Shown here one piece after another: positions 41,881 to 52,861 of a DNA stretch of 64,000 nucleotides; within the stretch, counting starts at the first letter, position 1; every line of letters starts with the position of its first letter. Below the pieces are notes generated by a model, which was not told the origin of the DNA, did no database searches, and saw nothing but the letters and a program-made list of their open reading frames with translations. Origin of the DNA: an uncultured Nitrososphaerota archaeon (lineage in GTDB: Archaea; Thermoproteota; Nitrososphaeria; Nitrososphaerales; Nitrosopumilaceae); assembly GCA_963824385.1 (NCBI GenBank), contig CAWGPD010000001.1, forward strand, positions 1 to 64,000. Direction: 5' to 3'. The translations under genes and the position numbers were made by a program.

Positions 41881-42795
41881 ATGCTAAACATGCAACGAGA
41901 TTTACAACTAACTTTTAGAATGATAATTAGTTTTCTAGCCCTTACTCTAATCTATCTTGTATTTTTGGGCTTTATTGCCGCATATTTTGGACTAGGCATA
42001 CTCCCCATAGCCATGATTGCAGGATTGATGATTGGCGCACAGTGGTTCTTTTCTGATAGAATCGTTTTATGGAGTACGGGAACCAAGATTGTATCCAAGG
42101 AAGAATTTCCAGTGCTACATCAAATAATAGAAAGTTTATGCCAAAAAGCAAACATTCCAAAACCAAAAGTTGGAGTGATGAAAAGTGATGTTCCAAATGC
42201 ATTTGCAACAGGAAAAGGCCCAAAAAGTTCTGTAGTAGTTGTAAGCTTGGGAATTTTGAAAATATTAGACAAGGACGAGCTTGAGGGGGTTTTATCACAT
42301 GAACTTACTCATATAAGAAACAGAGATGTTACAATCATAACACTTGCAAGTCTGTTCTCTACAATTGCATGGTTTCTCATGCAATCTTCAATGTTTAGTA
42401 CAATGTGGGGAGGAGGCTATGGAGGAAGACAGCAGCAAGGCGGAAATACAATTTTGATTCTAATAGTAGCAGGAATAGTTTGGTTCCTAAGTTTTCTAAT
42501 CATCAGAGCAATATCTCGATACAGAGAGTTTGCAGCAGATAGAGGAGGTGCATATCTTACAGGCAAGCCAATGTATCTATCACGTGCACTGATGAAGATT
42601 AGCGGAGAGGTCAAGGTTGCACCAACCCAGGAACTTAAAAAAATAGAAGGACTGAATGCGTTTTTCATAATACCAGCAATATCAGGCCAGACCATTGCAA
42701 GGTTCTTTTCTACGCACCCTCCAGTTACAGAAAGGGTAAAACGCCTGATGCGAATAGAGCAAGAACTTCGCGATTCGGATACACAAGGAATTTAA
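41881..42795 (+). CDS. htpX: Zinc metalloprotease HtpX (M48)
   Basis: PNAFATG, HELTH, SRYREFAAD, STHP. Confidence 0.93.
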   Translation: MLNMQRDLQLTFRMIISFLALTLIYLVFLGFIAAYFGLGILPIAMIAGLMIGAQWFFSDRIVLWSTGTKIVSKEEFPVLHQIIESLCQKANIPKPKVGVMKSDVPNAFATGKGPKSSVVVVSLGILKILDKDELEGVLSHELTHIRNRDVTIITLASLFSTIAWFLMQSSMFSTMWGGGYGGRQQQGGNTILILIVAGIVWFLSFLIIRAISRYREFAADRGGAYLTGKPMYLSRALMKISGEVKVAPTQELKKIEGLNAFFIIPAISGQTIARFFSTHPPVTERVKRLMRIEQELRDSDTQGI

Positions 42796-42862
42796 TATTA
42801 AATCATAGTTTTCCTTTTTTATCAAATAATCAGAAATTGCAAAAATATACTCTGACATTTGG

Positions 42863-43395
42863 CTATTTAGCCTTCATCCGTTTTATTTTTTCTTGAAGTA
42901 ACATACATCCCTGGATTAGTGTTTCTGGTCTAGGTGGACAACCTGGAACATAAACATCAACGGGAAGAACCCCATCAATTCCCGGTAGTACGTTATACGA
43001 GTCAAAGTATAATCCTCCAGTAATTGCACATGCCCCCATTGCTATGACATATTTTGGATCAGGCATCTGATCATATACCATTCTTAATCTAGGAGCCATC
43101 TTTCTGGTTATAGTTCCCATGACAACAATAAGATCACATTGTCTGAGAGAACCAAATGCTTCGATGATACCAAATCTTTCAACGTCATAACGAGGGCTAG
43201 ATGCACTCCAAATTCCACACTACAACATGCTGTCTCAAGATGGACTGGCCATAGAGAGTAAATTCTGCCCCAGTTTATTGCCATGTCAAATGGTTTTCCA
43301 ACTGCTTTGATTAGTACGTCACCAAGTTTTCCAACTAAGACATTAGTTGCATGTGGTGCAGTATCTTGATTAAATAATTCTTTTAGCATTGTCAT
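42863..43395 (-). CDS. nuoB: NADH-quinone oxidoreductase subunit B, stand-alone (frameshifted)
   Basis: [31 protein letters not shown]. Confidence 0.88.
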
Positions 43396-43532
43396 GTTTC
43401 TATACATCTCTTTCCCTATTAAACTGGTTCAGACTAAAATTCCCTAGTCCAAACTTTGGAACAAACTACAGAAAATCTGTTCCCTTTGCACTATTTCTTA
43501 ATAGTTCGGGTGTCGTATGATGATTGGGTCCT

Positions 43533-43951
43533 ATGTTTGCAAGGATACTTGTAGCAGTCGATGGTTCGGAATCTGCAAAAAAAGCATTTGAAAAATCAAT
43601 CTACCTTGCTCAGAAATGTAGATTGGAAAGCCAAATCTGGTTCACGTTGTAACATGCGAACTTGGTGGAGATAGTACCATCATTTATGATCTGTTAGATG
43701 AGGCCAAGATAAAGGCTAAAAAAATGTTGGAAGAATACAAAATGGAGGCCTCTAAAAATAACATTCCATTGGAAATCACGATAACACAAGGAGATGCAGC
43801 AAAGATCATAATTGAATTTTCAAAGAAGAACAAGTATGATCTTATAATCATGGGAACTCGTGGGAGAAATGCCTTTGAGGAATTGTTACTTGGTAGTGTC
43901 TCGTTGAAAGTTATGCATCATGCAGTTTGCCCAGTAATGGTAGTAAGATAG
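43533..43951 (+). CDS. Universal stress protein (frameshift ~43625)
   Basis: ILVAVDGS upstream; MGTRG, LLGSVS, CPVMVVR. Confidence 0.85.
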
Positions 43952-44034
43952 TGTATTTGGAATATTTACCTTTGAGAGTCATTTATTTTCTTGATCATTG
44001 TGTTCTTTTTCTTTTAATTGGAATGTATTTGGCC

Positions 44035-44178
44035 TTATGGCAAAATGTGAATTGTACCATCATCAAACCAGTTACAGTCACAGAGTTCCTGAGAATTTTT
44101 TCCAATTTGCTTCATGCATATCATGGCTACTCCCTTATGATCATCTTTTGAATGTCCGCATGTCTTACAGAAATTCAA
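44035..44178 (-). CDS. 47-aa Cys/His microprotein (not in ORF track)
   Basis: TTG start; NFCKTCGHSKDDH...C...LCDC. Confidence 0.55.
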   Translation of the reverse strand: MNFCKTCGHSKDDHKGVAMICMKQIGKNSQELCDCNWFDDGTIHILP

Positions 44179-44390
44179 ACTGATGAAATCCTATAACTGA
44201 ATTTATTATAACCAGAAGTGTTATGGACAATTTCCAGTGATTGTTTCAATGAGATAATTGATCTTCCAAGTTCTTAAAACTTTACGATAGCGGATGTATT
44301 CCCGAGCAAATCTGGGGTAAACCATTTTTACGGATTGTCAATAAACTCGTTTGGAGAATTAAAATAAAAAAAGGAAAAGGAGTTTTGTAA

Positions 44391-44870
44391 CTACTCTGAA
44401 ATGGTAATGCGAAAGATTTTAGCCTCTTGGTCAGGGTAGTCATTCTTGCCTCTAGGAAGGTGGCCGATCTTGTCAGCAACATCCATGCCGTTCTTTACCT
44501 CGCCAAACGCGGTATACTGGCCGTCAAGAAACGTGCTGTCGCCTGTTACGATGAAAAACTGTGAACCTGCACTGTTTGGGTCGTCGGACCTTGCCATGGA
44601 AACAACGCCTCTCTGGTGAGGTTTGGAATTAAATTCTGCCTTTATTGCATATCCAGGTCCTCCCATTCCCCAACTGCTTTTGTCTGGTTGTTTTGTATTT
44701 GGATCTCCGCCCTGAATCATGAATCCGGGTATTATCCTGTGGAAAAGTATGCCATCATAAAAATTGGACTTGGCCAGTTTGACAAAATTCCGTACGGTCT
44801 CAGGAGCATAATTTGGTAATAGTTCAAAAACAATGTTTCCAAAGTTGGTCTCTATTGTCATTTGGGGCAC
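44391..44870 (-). CDS. Cyclophilin-type peptidyl-prolyl isomerase
   Basis: FHRIIPGFMIQGGDP, SMAR..DPNSAGSQFFI. Confidence 0.93.
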   Translation of the reverse strand: MPQMTIETNFGNIVFELLPNYAPETVRNFVKLAKSNFYDGILFHRIIPGFMIQGGDPNTKQPDKSSWGMGGPGYAIKAEFNSKPHQRGVVSMARSDDPNSAGSQFFIVTGDSTFLDGQYTAFGEVKNGMDVADKIGHLPRGKNDYPDQEAKIFRITISE

Positions 44871-44914
44871 TTTTCACAAACAGCCATTTTATCATAAGAG
44901 TCTTTCTTCATTCC

Positions 44915-45040
44915 AAGGAGTTTTGTAGTGGAGTCTTTACAGTTTTTGAACTAACAGTTGGTACGAGTCCAAGAGATTTTGTGAGTAAAATTTGATAGAA
45001 AGTGTGTAGTAAGATTATCGAAATCACTACAAAACTCCTT
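44915..45040. mobile_element. 126-bp MITE-like element with perfect 16-bp terminal inverted repeats
   Basis: AAGGAGTTTTGTAGTG / CACTACAAAACTCCTT, TCC on both flanks; related ends at 44377 and ~48910. Confidence 0.45.
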
Positions 45041-45138
45041 TCCTTAATTTTTTATTTTATCTTATTGTTTCATGTCTTTAGAATTATAATATATTTTCAA
45101 CAATTGTTTCAGTTGAGGGAATTAAATACATGTTACAA

Positions 45139-45152
45139 TTAGGCTTGCCTAA
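45139..45152. promoter_or_regulatory. DtxR/MntR-like box upstream of multicopper oxidase
   Basis: TTAGGCTTGCCTAA between TATA and ATG. Confidence 0.65.
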
Positions 45153-45154
45153 GG

Positions 45155-46662
45155 ATGATATCAAAAACCGTTATTTTGTTTGGCATAATCATTGCACTCT
45201 CATCTGCACTAACAGGAGTTGTTGTCTATCACTTTACTTCAAATTCAAACCAGGCTACAATGGTAACCCAGACTGCAACTCCTACTATACTCCAAGGTGT
45301 TACTAGGACCTATTACATTGCAGCAAACGAGGTAAACTGGAATTATGCTCCATCAGGTACAAACCTGATAACAGGTCAGCCGTTTAATGCTACTACTTGG
45401 TCAGCGCTCTATACACAAAATGGAGTAGACAGGATTGGTACTGTATATCTAAAATGTCTCTATCAGGGATATACCGATGATTCTTTTACAACATTACAAA
45501 ACAGAACTGCCGAGTGGGAACATCTTGGCATACTGGGGCCTGTTATTCATGCAGAAGTTGGTGATACCATCAAAGTAGTATTCAAGAATAATTGTAGAAT
45601 TCCTGTCAGTATGCATCCACATGGTGTTTTGTATGACAAGGCATCAGAGGGCGCACCATACAATGACGGCGTACCTGACTCACAAAAAGGTGGTGAAGCA
45701 GTACCGCCTGGTGGCAACTTTACATATATCTGGAATGTGCCAGAGAGGGCAGGTCCTGGACCACACAATCCAAGTTCCATATTGTGGATGTATCATTCGC
45801 ATGTAAATGAGATTACAGATACCAGTGCAGGACTTGTTGGACCTATTATAATAACAAGAAATGGAGAGGCAAATCCTGACGGTACTCCGAAAGGGTGTTG
45901 ATAGGGAAATGTTATATTGTTTACAATACTTAATGAAACCAGCAGTCCATATTTGCCAATCAACATCAAGACATTACTGGGAGACATCTAGCAGGTAAAC
46001 GAAATGACCCAATTCTGGGAAAGCAATCTCAAGTATTCTATTAATGGTTACATGTTTGGAAATACACCAGGACTTGATATGCAACAAAATACTCATGTGC
46101 GTTGGTATGTGGCAGGAATGGGTAACAAGAGTGGATGCACGCACCACATTGGCATGGAAATGCATTAATGATAGCCGGCATGTCACAGACATGGTAGAAC
46201 TTCTTCCAATGAGCATGAAGGTGCTAAACATGTACCCTGACAACGTGGGCACCTGGCTTTTTCACTGCCATGTAAATGATCACATCCAAGGTGGAATGAT
46301 GGCATTATATACTGTAGAGAAAATTAATGCAACACAATCCAACAATACAACTGGGGAAAATCTCAAAATTGGATTAACAACTGATACTGCAAATCCAACT
46401 ACTGGACAACCAACTAATCTCAAGGTAGATTTTATCGATGGTCGACCAATTCAATGAGGACATGTTGATTACAAAGTTAGCATTCTCCAGGGAACAACTG
46501 AGGTCTTTCCACCTGCTTTTACACACTACTGATGGTTCTGTCACTATTCCATACAAGTTCCAAAATGCAGGAGCCTACCAGGTGGTAGTTGAGGTGGACG
46601 GGGTTTGGTTCCTGCCAGTTTCAGAGACTGCGCAATTTCCAATCAATGTTTCAAGTTCATAA
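45155..46662 (+). CDS. Two-domain multicopper oxidase (ceruloplasmin/hephaestin-like) with C-terminal Ig-like domain; multiple frameshifts
   Basis: YYIAA.E..W.YAP, LGILGP.I.AEVGD, MHPHG, WMYHSH, H.PHWHG, WLFHCHVNDH..GGM. Confidence 0.85.
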
Positions 46663-46960
46663 AATATATGTAAAATTTAGTTGAAAGAATTTTTGTATTA
46701 GCCTTTGTATTGAATTCATTTTATGAAACTAAAGTGTATTAAAAAAAATAAGATATTATCTTTTGAACTAACTGTCAGTTCAAGTCTTAGGATTCAAATC
46801 TTCGGGTTCAGACCTGTTAGATTCTGTACACAGAGTCCAAGTTACAGTTTGTAAATCATGAAGGACTTGTACTAATTTCACGTTATAATGATATTTCAAA
46901 TTGTTAGAATTAACATTTGTTTTTACAAATTGTTTCTATCATACAGTTAAAATGCTACAA

Positions 46961-46974
46961 TTAGCTTGACCTAA
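46961..46974. promoter_or_regulatory. DtxR/MntR-like box upstream of ZIP transporter
   Basis: TTAGCTTGACCTAA. Confidence 0.65.
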
Positions 46975-47052
46975 ATGTGCACGCAAATTCTATAGTTTTA
47001 TCATATGCTACAATAATAGGCTCTTTTATGGCTTCATCAGGAGGTAAAAAAG

Positions 47053-47870
47053 TTGGTTGACTTTACAACGACACTGATACTCAGTGCGGTCATGGGTCTT
47101 TCTACCTTTTTGTCTCTACCACTTGTTCTCCGCAAAAAACTGGGTAATAGAAAAATCATATTTTTCAACTCTGTTGCAGTTGGCATTCTTGTCTTTCTGA
47201 TGGCAGACATCTATTCTGATGTAGCTCCGATGTTAAGTAACGGTTCCTTGCAAGGGTATGGCACAGATCCATTTTTTGATCGGTTATGTCGCACATATGC
47301 ACTGGTGGATTTCTTGTCTTGTATTTCTTGGAACACAAATCAAAGCACGGATTATCACCTATCAAACTGGCTCTGATAATTGCCATTGCTATGGGATTCC
47401 AGAACTTAACTGAAGGATTAGTCTTGGAGTGCAAGTGTAAAGTATGGACTTGTAGGTAAGACGTTTGTAATACTGGCAGGTTTCTCAATTCAGAATTTAA
47501 CAGAAGGCTTTCCAATTGCTGCCCCGATGGCAGGCAAATTGGACAGAAAGTTGGCATATTATGTATGATGTTCCTAATAGGAAGTGTTCCAACAATACTT
47601 GGTGGTGGCATTGGATATGTTTACAATTCAAATGTCCTTGATGTACTGTTTAATGGCATTGCAATAGGTACTATACTATATGTAATACTTCCAATGTTTA
47701 GAATACTCTTCAGGGAACCACGTGAGGAACCAACACAGGTTGTTGCTATAATACCACAGGGCTCAAAAGAAAAGCACGGTCATACTCTGGTACATGCCTT
47801 AACCCAGCGAGCCATCTATCTTGGAATTTTTATTGGCTTTGCACTTGGCTGGATTGTAAATTTAGTGTAA
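47053..47870 (+). CDS. ZIP-family divalent metal transporter (frameshifted)
   Basis: VAVGILVFL, QNLTEG twice, GIAIGTILYV. Confidence 0.75.
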
Positions 47871-48065
47871 GACGAACAATATCTTGTGTAAACTAATTTT
47901 TGATACATAGTAATCAGAATGACAATGTTAGTTGTTTTTTTATCTATGTTAGAGTCTGTCTTGTTGTAGAAAATTATTTTTTTGAATTTATGATGTATTA
48001 CACGAAATTAGAATTAGAATTTATTTTAATATCTTGTTTCTTTCAAACAGGTTAAATGCTCTTGA

Positions 48066-48079
48066 TTAGCCTGACCTAA
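48066..48079. promoter_or_regulatory. DtxR/MntR-like box upstream of pentapeptide protein
   Basis: TTAGCCTGACCTAA 2 nt before ATG. Confidence 0.65.
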
Positions 48080-48081
48080 TC

Positions 48082-48825
48082 ATGCAGACAAATCCAAAAA
48101 TCATTTTATTTTTTATCACTGCAATATTGATCCTATTCCCAATGGGACAAGTAACAAAGGTTTTTGGTGACAATCAAAATCCAAATCAATATGCTGACGA
48201 AAATAATTTTGTAACACCATCAACAAAACTTTGCAAAATGCAAGTACATCCAGGTGTAGACTTGAGTAATTGTCATTGGTATGACCTTCGTATTCATAAC
48301 GCTAATTTGTATGGCGCTAATCTGTCAGGAAGTGTATTTGTAAACGCAGATTTGCTTGGTGACAACCTTCAAAATGCAGATCTACAAAATGTAAACTTGA
48401 AGGGAGTCAACCTTTCAGGTGTAAACCTTTCAGGTGCAAACCTTCGTGGCGCTGACCTTAGATATGCAGTTATTTGGTCCACAAATTTTAATGGAGCGGA
48501 TCTTAGAGGTGCCAAGTTTACTGGAACCACATTTCCGTGGTCTACCTTTCAAGATGCAAACATGCAAGATGCAATATTCACACAAGCCCAATTTGGTGGT
48601 GTTGATTTTACAAGTGCAAATATGAAAGGTGTAGATCTTTCATATTGCGTATGTCAGACTTCTACTTTTACACATGCTAATCTGGAAAATGCAAACCTTT
48701 CTGATGCATCTCTTGTAGGGGATATCTTTGCACATGCAGACCTTCATGGTGCAAACATGCAAGGAGCTGATATTTCAGGTATTGATAACTCGTGTTATGG
48801 AAATAAAATTTGCATGTATCCTTAA
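48082..48825 (+). CDS. Secreted pentapeptide-repeat protein
   Basis: Signal peptide; A(D/N)Lxx repeats. Confidence 0.9.
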   Translation: MQTNPKIILFFITAILILFPMGQVTKVFGDNQNPNQYADENNFVTPSTKLCKMQVHPGVDLSNCHWYDLRIHNANLYGANLSGSVFVNADLLGDNLQNADLQNVNLKGVNLSGVNLSGANLRGADLRYAVIWSTNFNGADLRGAKFTGTTFPWSTFQDANMQDAIFTQAQFGGVDFTSANMKGVDLSYCVCQTSTFTHANLENANLSDASLVGDIFAHADLHGANMQGADISGIDNSCYGNKICMYP

Positions 48826-49142
48826 GATGTATGTTTGATCAGGAAAAATCAGTTTTGTCATGATTCTTTCAATGAAATTACTCCCCATTCAAAATAAAAA
48901 AACTAAGGAAAAAAGTTTTGTAACAAGTCTTACAGGACTAGAGTATTCAGTGGTTTTAGGCTAGTGAGATTTGGTGACCAGCAAGAGTACAAAATATGCA
49001 CAGTGCATAATATTTACTCCAGATATCTCGCGTACAGCCACATTTACAGTCACATTTTTCTTAGTTTCAATTTTTTATCCTATATATCATAAGACTGACT
49101 GGGGTATTTGTAAGATTATCTAATTTATCAATTTGACAAGGT

Positions 49143-49590
49143 CTAGTGAACAATGGTAACAGGACAGGCAGCGTGTTCTGATACATGCCTTGCAGTACTT
49201 CCAAGTCTTTTCAGAGATGAAACACCGGTTGAGCTTTCTGCTTCCCATTACCACTAGATCAATTTTTGATCTTTTTACCTCTTTTAAAATAGCATCGGAT
49301 ACGTCATCATGGACAATTTTATAAAATGTCTTTGCGCCCTCCTCTCTGCATTTTTCTGTAATTTTTTTCATCTCCTTTTCACCCTGCTCTGTTAGAGATT
49401 TTACAACCTGTTGATAATTCATAACTGCAGTTCCTGAAAAAACAGAGTCACTTATTGGATAGTAGACAGGAATTACCATCAAGAGTTTCAGATCAGCATT
49501 AAAATTTCTTGCAATATCTTTTGCCAATTCTAATGCCTTTTTTGAAAGAGGTGAGCCATCATATGGGACCAAGATATTTTTTAGTAGCAA
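49143..49590 (-). CDS. Universal stress protein (frameshift ~49225)
   Basis: ILVPYDGS, DLVVMGSR; LGSTA..V...AACPV in shifted frame. Confidence 0.85.
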
Positions 49591-49860
49591 TTAGAACAGT
49601 TCCTTGACTTTACTTTTGTATACTTCAACAATTTGTCCAAATTCTGTATAGTCACTAGCAGATGGAATTTGCATTCGCATTGCACATTGTGATACAAAGA
49701 CTGTCAACGCGTTTCCCACCATCATGTTAAAAGTCATCTCAGAGAGGTCTTTAACCGCAGGAAAAGCCATTTTAAGAAATGGCAGGTAGATCTTTGTCTG
49801 GTTTAACATTAGTTCCATGTTCTTCTCAATTGCTGCTTTTACCTCAGGCTGGATAGTCAT
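49591..49860 (-). CDS. Conserved hypothetical protein
   Basis: Clean 89-aa ORF in operon. Confidence 0.7.
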   Translation of the reverse strand: MTIQPEVKAAIEKNMELMLNQTKIYLPFLKMAFPAVKDLSEMTFNMMVGNALTVFVSQCAMRMQIPSASDYTEFGQIVEVYKSKVKELF

Positions 49861-49861
49861 T

Positions 49862-50074
49862 CTAATTCACCGAGACTACCTGGTACGGTTTTGATTGATA
49901 GTGAGTAGAGCATAGAAACACCATTTCTCCATTTAACACCTTGGCTGTAATCGAGATTCCATTTAATTCTTTTTTGCATATATGGCATGTAAGCGGTTTG
50001 ACATCAGATTTTATGAATTTTTTTTCATGTGAAAAATACAAGTCCTGAGTATGGAGCTCTCTGCCATATTTCAT
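49862..50074 (-). CDS. Small zinc-finger protein
   Basis: CHIC...LCSTH. Confidence 0.6.
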   Translation of the reverse strand: MKYGRELHTQDLYFSHEKKFIKSDVKPLTCHICKKELNGISITAKVLNGEMVFLCSTHYQSKPYQVVSVN

Positions 50075-50132
50075 AAAAGACAGTTTCAATATTATTAAAG
50101 TGATCTTCATTATCAAGATAGAGTTCAAGTGG

Positions 50133-50148
50133 TTATCAGTTCTGATAA
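50133..50148. promoter_or_regulatory. TTATCA-N4-TGATAA operator (perfect copy)
   Basis: TTATCAGTTCTGATAA 12 nt before TTTTATA. Confidence 0.72.
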
Positions 50149-50188
50149 TCCTGACAGAAATTTTATACTAAATTAATGGATTATTGTC

Positions 50189-50638
50189 GTGACCGTGACT
50201 CGCGATATAATGTCAAGTAAAATAGTCACAATTGAATCAAATGTATCATCTACTGAAATTGCAAAGATCATGGACAAAAACAAGGTAAGCAGTATCATAA
50301 TAACAAAAGATCAAGTGCCAGTTGGCATAGTAACGGAGAGAGATATGGTATCAAAGATTGTTGCACAAAACAAGAAACCGTCTGAAGTAAAGACTGCAGA
50401 GATTACAGCCTCACCTCTTTTCATAGTAAGTTCACTTACACCCACAGATGAGGTAGCAAAGAAAATGGTAGATAAAAAAATTAGGCGAGTTGTGGTAATG
50501 GATTCTGACCAGGCACTAGGAATCATAACAGTGACAGATTTTGTAAAGCACTTGCATGAGATGCTTGCGGATTCTGAAAATTACAACAAGGTTCTATATC
50601 AGCGTCTAATAGAAGACTGGGAATACTGGATGTCCTAA
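50189..50638 (+). CDS. CBS-pair protein
   Basis: GIVTERD, GIITVTD. Confidence 0.9.
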   Translation: MTVTRDIMSSKIVTIESNVSSTEIAKIMDKNKVSSIIITKDQVPVGIVTERDMVSKIVAQNKKPSEVKTAEITASPLFIVSSLTPTDEVAKKMVDKKIRRVVVMDSDQALGIITVTDFVKHLHEMLADSENYNKVLYQRLIEDWEYWMS

Positions 50639-50703
50639 TCAGGACATGAATTTGTTAGTATAAAATTTGAAATTAATGTATGAATCCAAGGATGGTCCCG
50701 GCA

Positions 50704-50719
50704 TTACCAGATATTATAA
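50704..50719. promoter_or_regulatory. Degenerate TTATCA-N4-TGATAA site
   Basis: TTACCAGATATTATAA 12 nt before TTTTTAT. Confidence 0.5.
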
Positions 50720-50761
50720 TAGGATGTCAAGTTTTTATGTATCAATTTCATACTGGAACCA

Positions 50762-51205
50762 TTGGATAATTTTTCTGCCAAAGACATAATGAAGAACCCG
50801 GTTGTTACAGTTGATTCTGCCATGTCAGTTATGGATACAGCAAAGATAATGGATGATGCAGGCATTGGCTGTGTTGTTGTCATAGAGAACAATATTGCAG
50901 TGGGTATAGTAACAGAGCGCGATTTTGTCAAAAGGGTTGTATCTCGTGCAATTCCACTGACAACTCCAATAAAAAAAGTAATGTCGTCTCCGTTGATTGT
51001 AGTAAATCCAGAAGAGAACATTTGGGAAGTGGCAGAACTTATGAAACAGAGAAGGATTCACAAGGTTCCAGTGGTATATCAGGATCTCCTAGTTGGAATT
51101 GTAACAGCAACTGACTTGACCAAACTATGCAGCATTGGCTCTGATTCAGAGATGCGAAGGATAACAGACCAGATACTTTTGCGAATGAAGCCTGCAGACA
51201 AGTAA
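50762..51205 (+). CDS. CBS-pair protein
   Basis: GIVTERD, GIVTATD. Confidence 0.9.
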   Translation: MDNFSAKDIMKNPVVTVDSAMSVMDTAKIMDDAGIGCVVVIENNIAVGIVTERDFVKRVVSRAIPLTTPIKKVMSSPLIVVNPEENIWEVAELMKQRRIHKVPVVYQDLLVGIVTATDLTKLCSIGSDSEMRRITDQILLRMKPADK

Positions 51206-51211
51206 TTTAGT

Positions 51212-52074
51212 TTAATTTTTAACTATAGCGCGTACAATGTCAGTCTTTGTTACAATTCCTACCAATAGCTTGCCCTTGACAACTGGCAGTCCGCTGATTC
51301 CATTACTTATGCATCAAGTGGGACGACATTTGATACATCGTCTGATACATCTACAGTTATTGGGTTTGATGTCATAATATCAGTTGCAATAAATGTCAAA
51401 AGATAACTTCCAGTACGTTTTGAGCGATACTCTTTTGGATTTGTAGCCATCCTATAGTTTTCAACTTCGGTTCAATATCCAGATTGTTTTAGCCATAGAG
51501 GCATCTTGGCAGGTATGAAATCTCTGTGAGTGATAATTCCAACAGGCTGTCTGTTTCTTTCTACAACTACTCTAGATATTTTATTGTTGACAAGAACACT
51601 TTCAACATATAGTAATGAATCTGCTGGTTTTACTGTAATTACATCTCTTGTCATGATTTTAGAGACTAGTAATGGTTCTGTGGCTTGTGTTAAAAATACG
51701 GATGCCAGTACTCTACTTGTAATAATTCCAGCTAGTGTCTTGTCTTTGTGTAGTACTATAACAGAACTGATTTTATTATCAAGCATTAGTTTAGCACAGT
51801 CGTATAACGTTGCACCTTCTGGAACAGTAACAAGGTCTTTAGACATAACATCAGATACGCGTGTAGCCTCTAGTGGTTTTGCATCAATTCTATAGATTGC
51901 CTTTACCAGGTCTTTTTCTGTAAGCATGCCTACTGGCTTGTCTTTTTCTGATACCATAAGTCGGCTAATCCTGTGCTTGAGTAAAATTGCTCTTGCATCC
52001 AAGAGGCTTGTTCGTGGGGTTACTACAATTGTTTTTTTTATTACTTGATTTATGCTGTCATTTTTTAGTTTCAA
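51212..52074 (-). CDS. Multi-CBS-domain protein (frameshifted)
   Basis: GMLTEKD, GIITHRD, final GIVTKTD in shifted frame. Confidence 0.85.
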
Positions 52075-52115
52075 TAATTTTCATATATTTTGGGTGGATT
52101 ATAGGCTTTTTACAA

Positions 52116-52131
52116 ATCTCACTTGTGATAA
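52116..52131. promoter_or_regulatory. Degenerate TTATCA-N4-TGATAA site
   Basis: ATCTCACTTGTGATAA ~12 nt upstream of minus-strand TATA. Confidence 0.55.
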
Positions 52132-52278
52132 CACTGTCAATACTTTCATAATTACAATCCATCTAAATTTTTGGCGATAATTTTTAAGTCATAGGTTAGA
52201 GTTCGGGGGTTCTCTTGCTGACAGTCAGTGCTGGCATTGAGAATATAGATATTACATAGATCCACCATTAGGATCATA

Positions 52279-52861
52279 TCAAGTTTGTATTCTTTGCCAA
52301 TCTTTAACTAGTAATTCTAAACGAATTACTTCATCTTTATCCAACTCACAACTATGCGCAATAAGATTTCGAACTTTATTGAATTGAGAAAGTGTTTGTT
52401 GCATTGCCTTTTGGCTTCTAATTTTGTCACAAAATAGTTGCCAATTAGATTCTATCACAAATAAGCTCTCCAAAATTTGTATAAGTTAATTGATCTTCAT
52501 TAGATGGTATTACCAAGGTCGTTTCCTTTTCAGCCTCTTGTAACTTTTTTACATTATCCTTTATTCCTTGTGGAACTCCTTTTTCCCACCAATCAGTTCC
52601 ATATTCTTCTACAAGGGTTTCTTTTATTAATCGTCTTACAGAATTTTCAAAACAAAAATAGATCACATAAAAATCAGCCATCCTTCTGGCACTTTTTCTT
52701 ATATCTGCATCAAATAACTCAGATTCTACATTCTCGTCCTTGGTCACAGTCTGCATATGACCAATATCGATACCTTGTTTTTCTAATTTAGCCAAGTCTG
52801 TTTCCAACATAAGATTTCTCATCCCAAATAATTTTACTTCGTCAGATTTTTTTTCACTCAT
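52279..52861 (-). CDS. Swt1-like HEPN RNase domain protein (frameshift ~52465)
   Basis: FENSVR..I, WW, YT.FGEL, NW..F, RNLIAH (RxxxxH). Confidence 0.8.

Noticed and set aside
43927..44183. Two + strand ORFs after the Usp gene
   Set aside because: The minus-strand Cys/His microprotein is a better explanation.
48300..48790. Short tandem DNA repeats (e.g. AACCTTTCAGGTG)
   Set aside because: Explained by pentapeptide-repeat coding.
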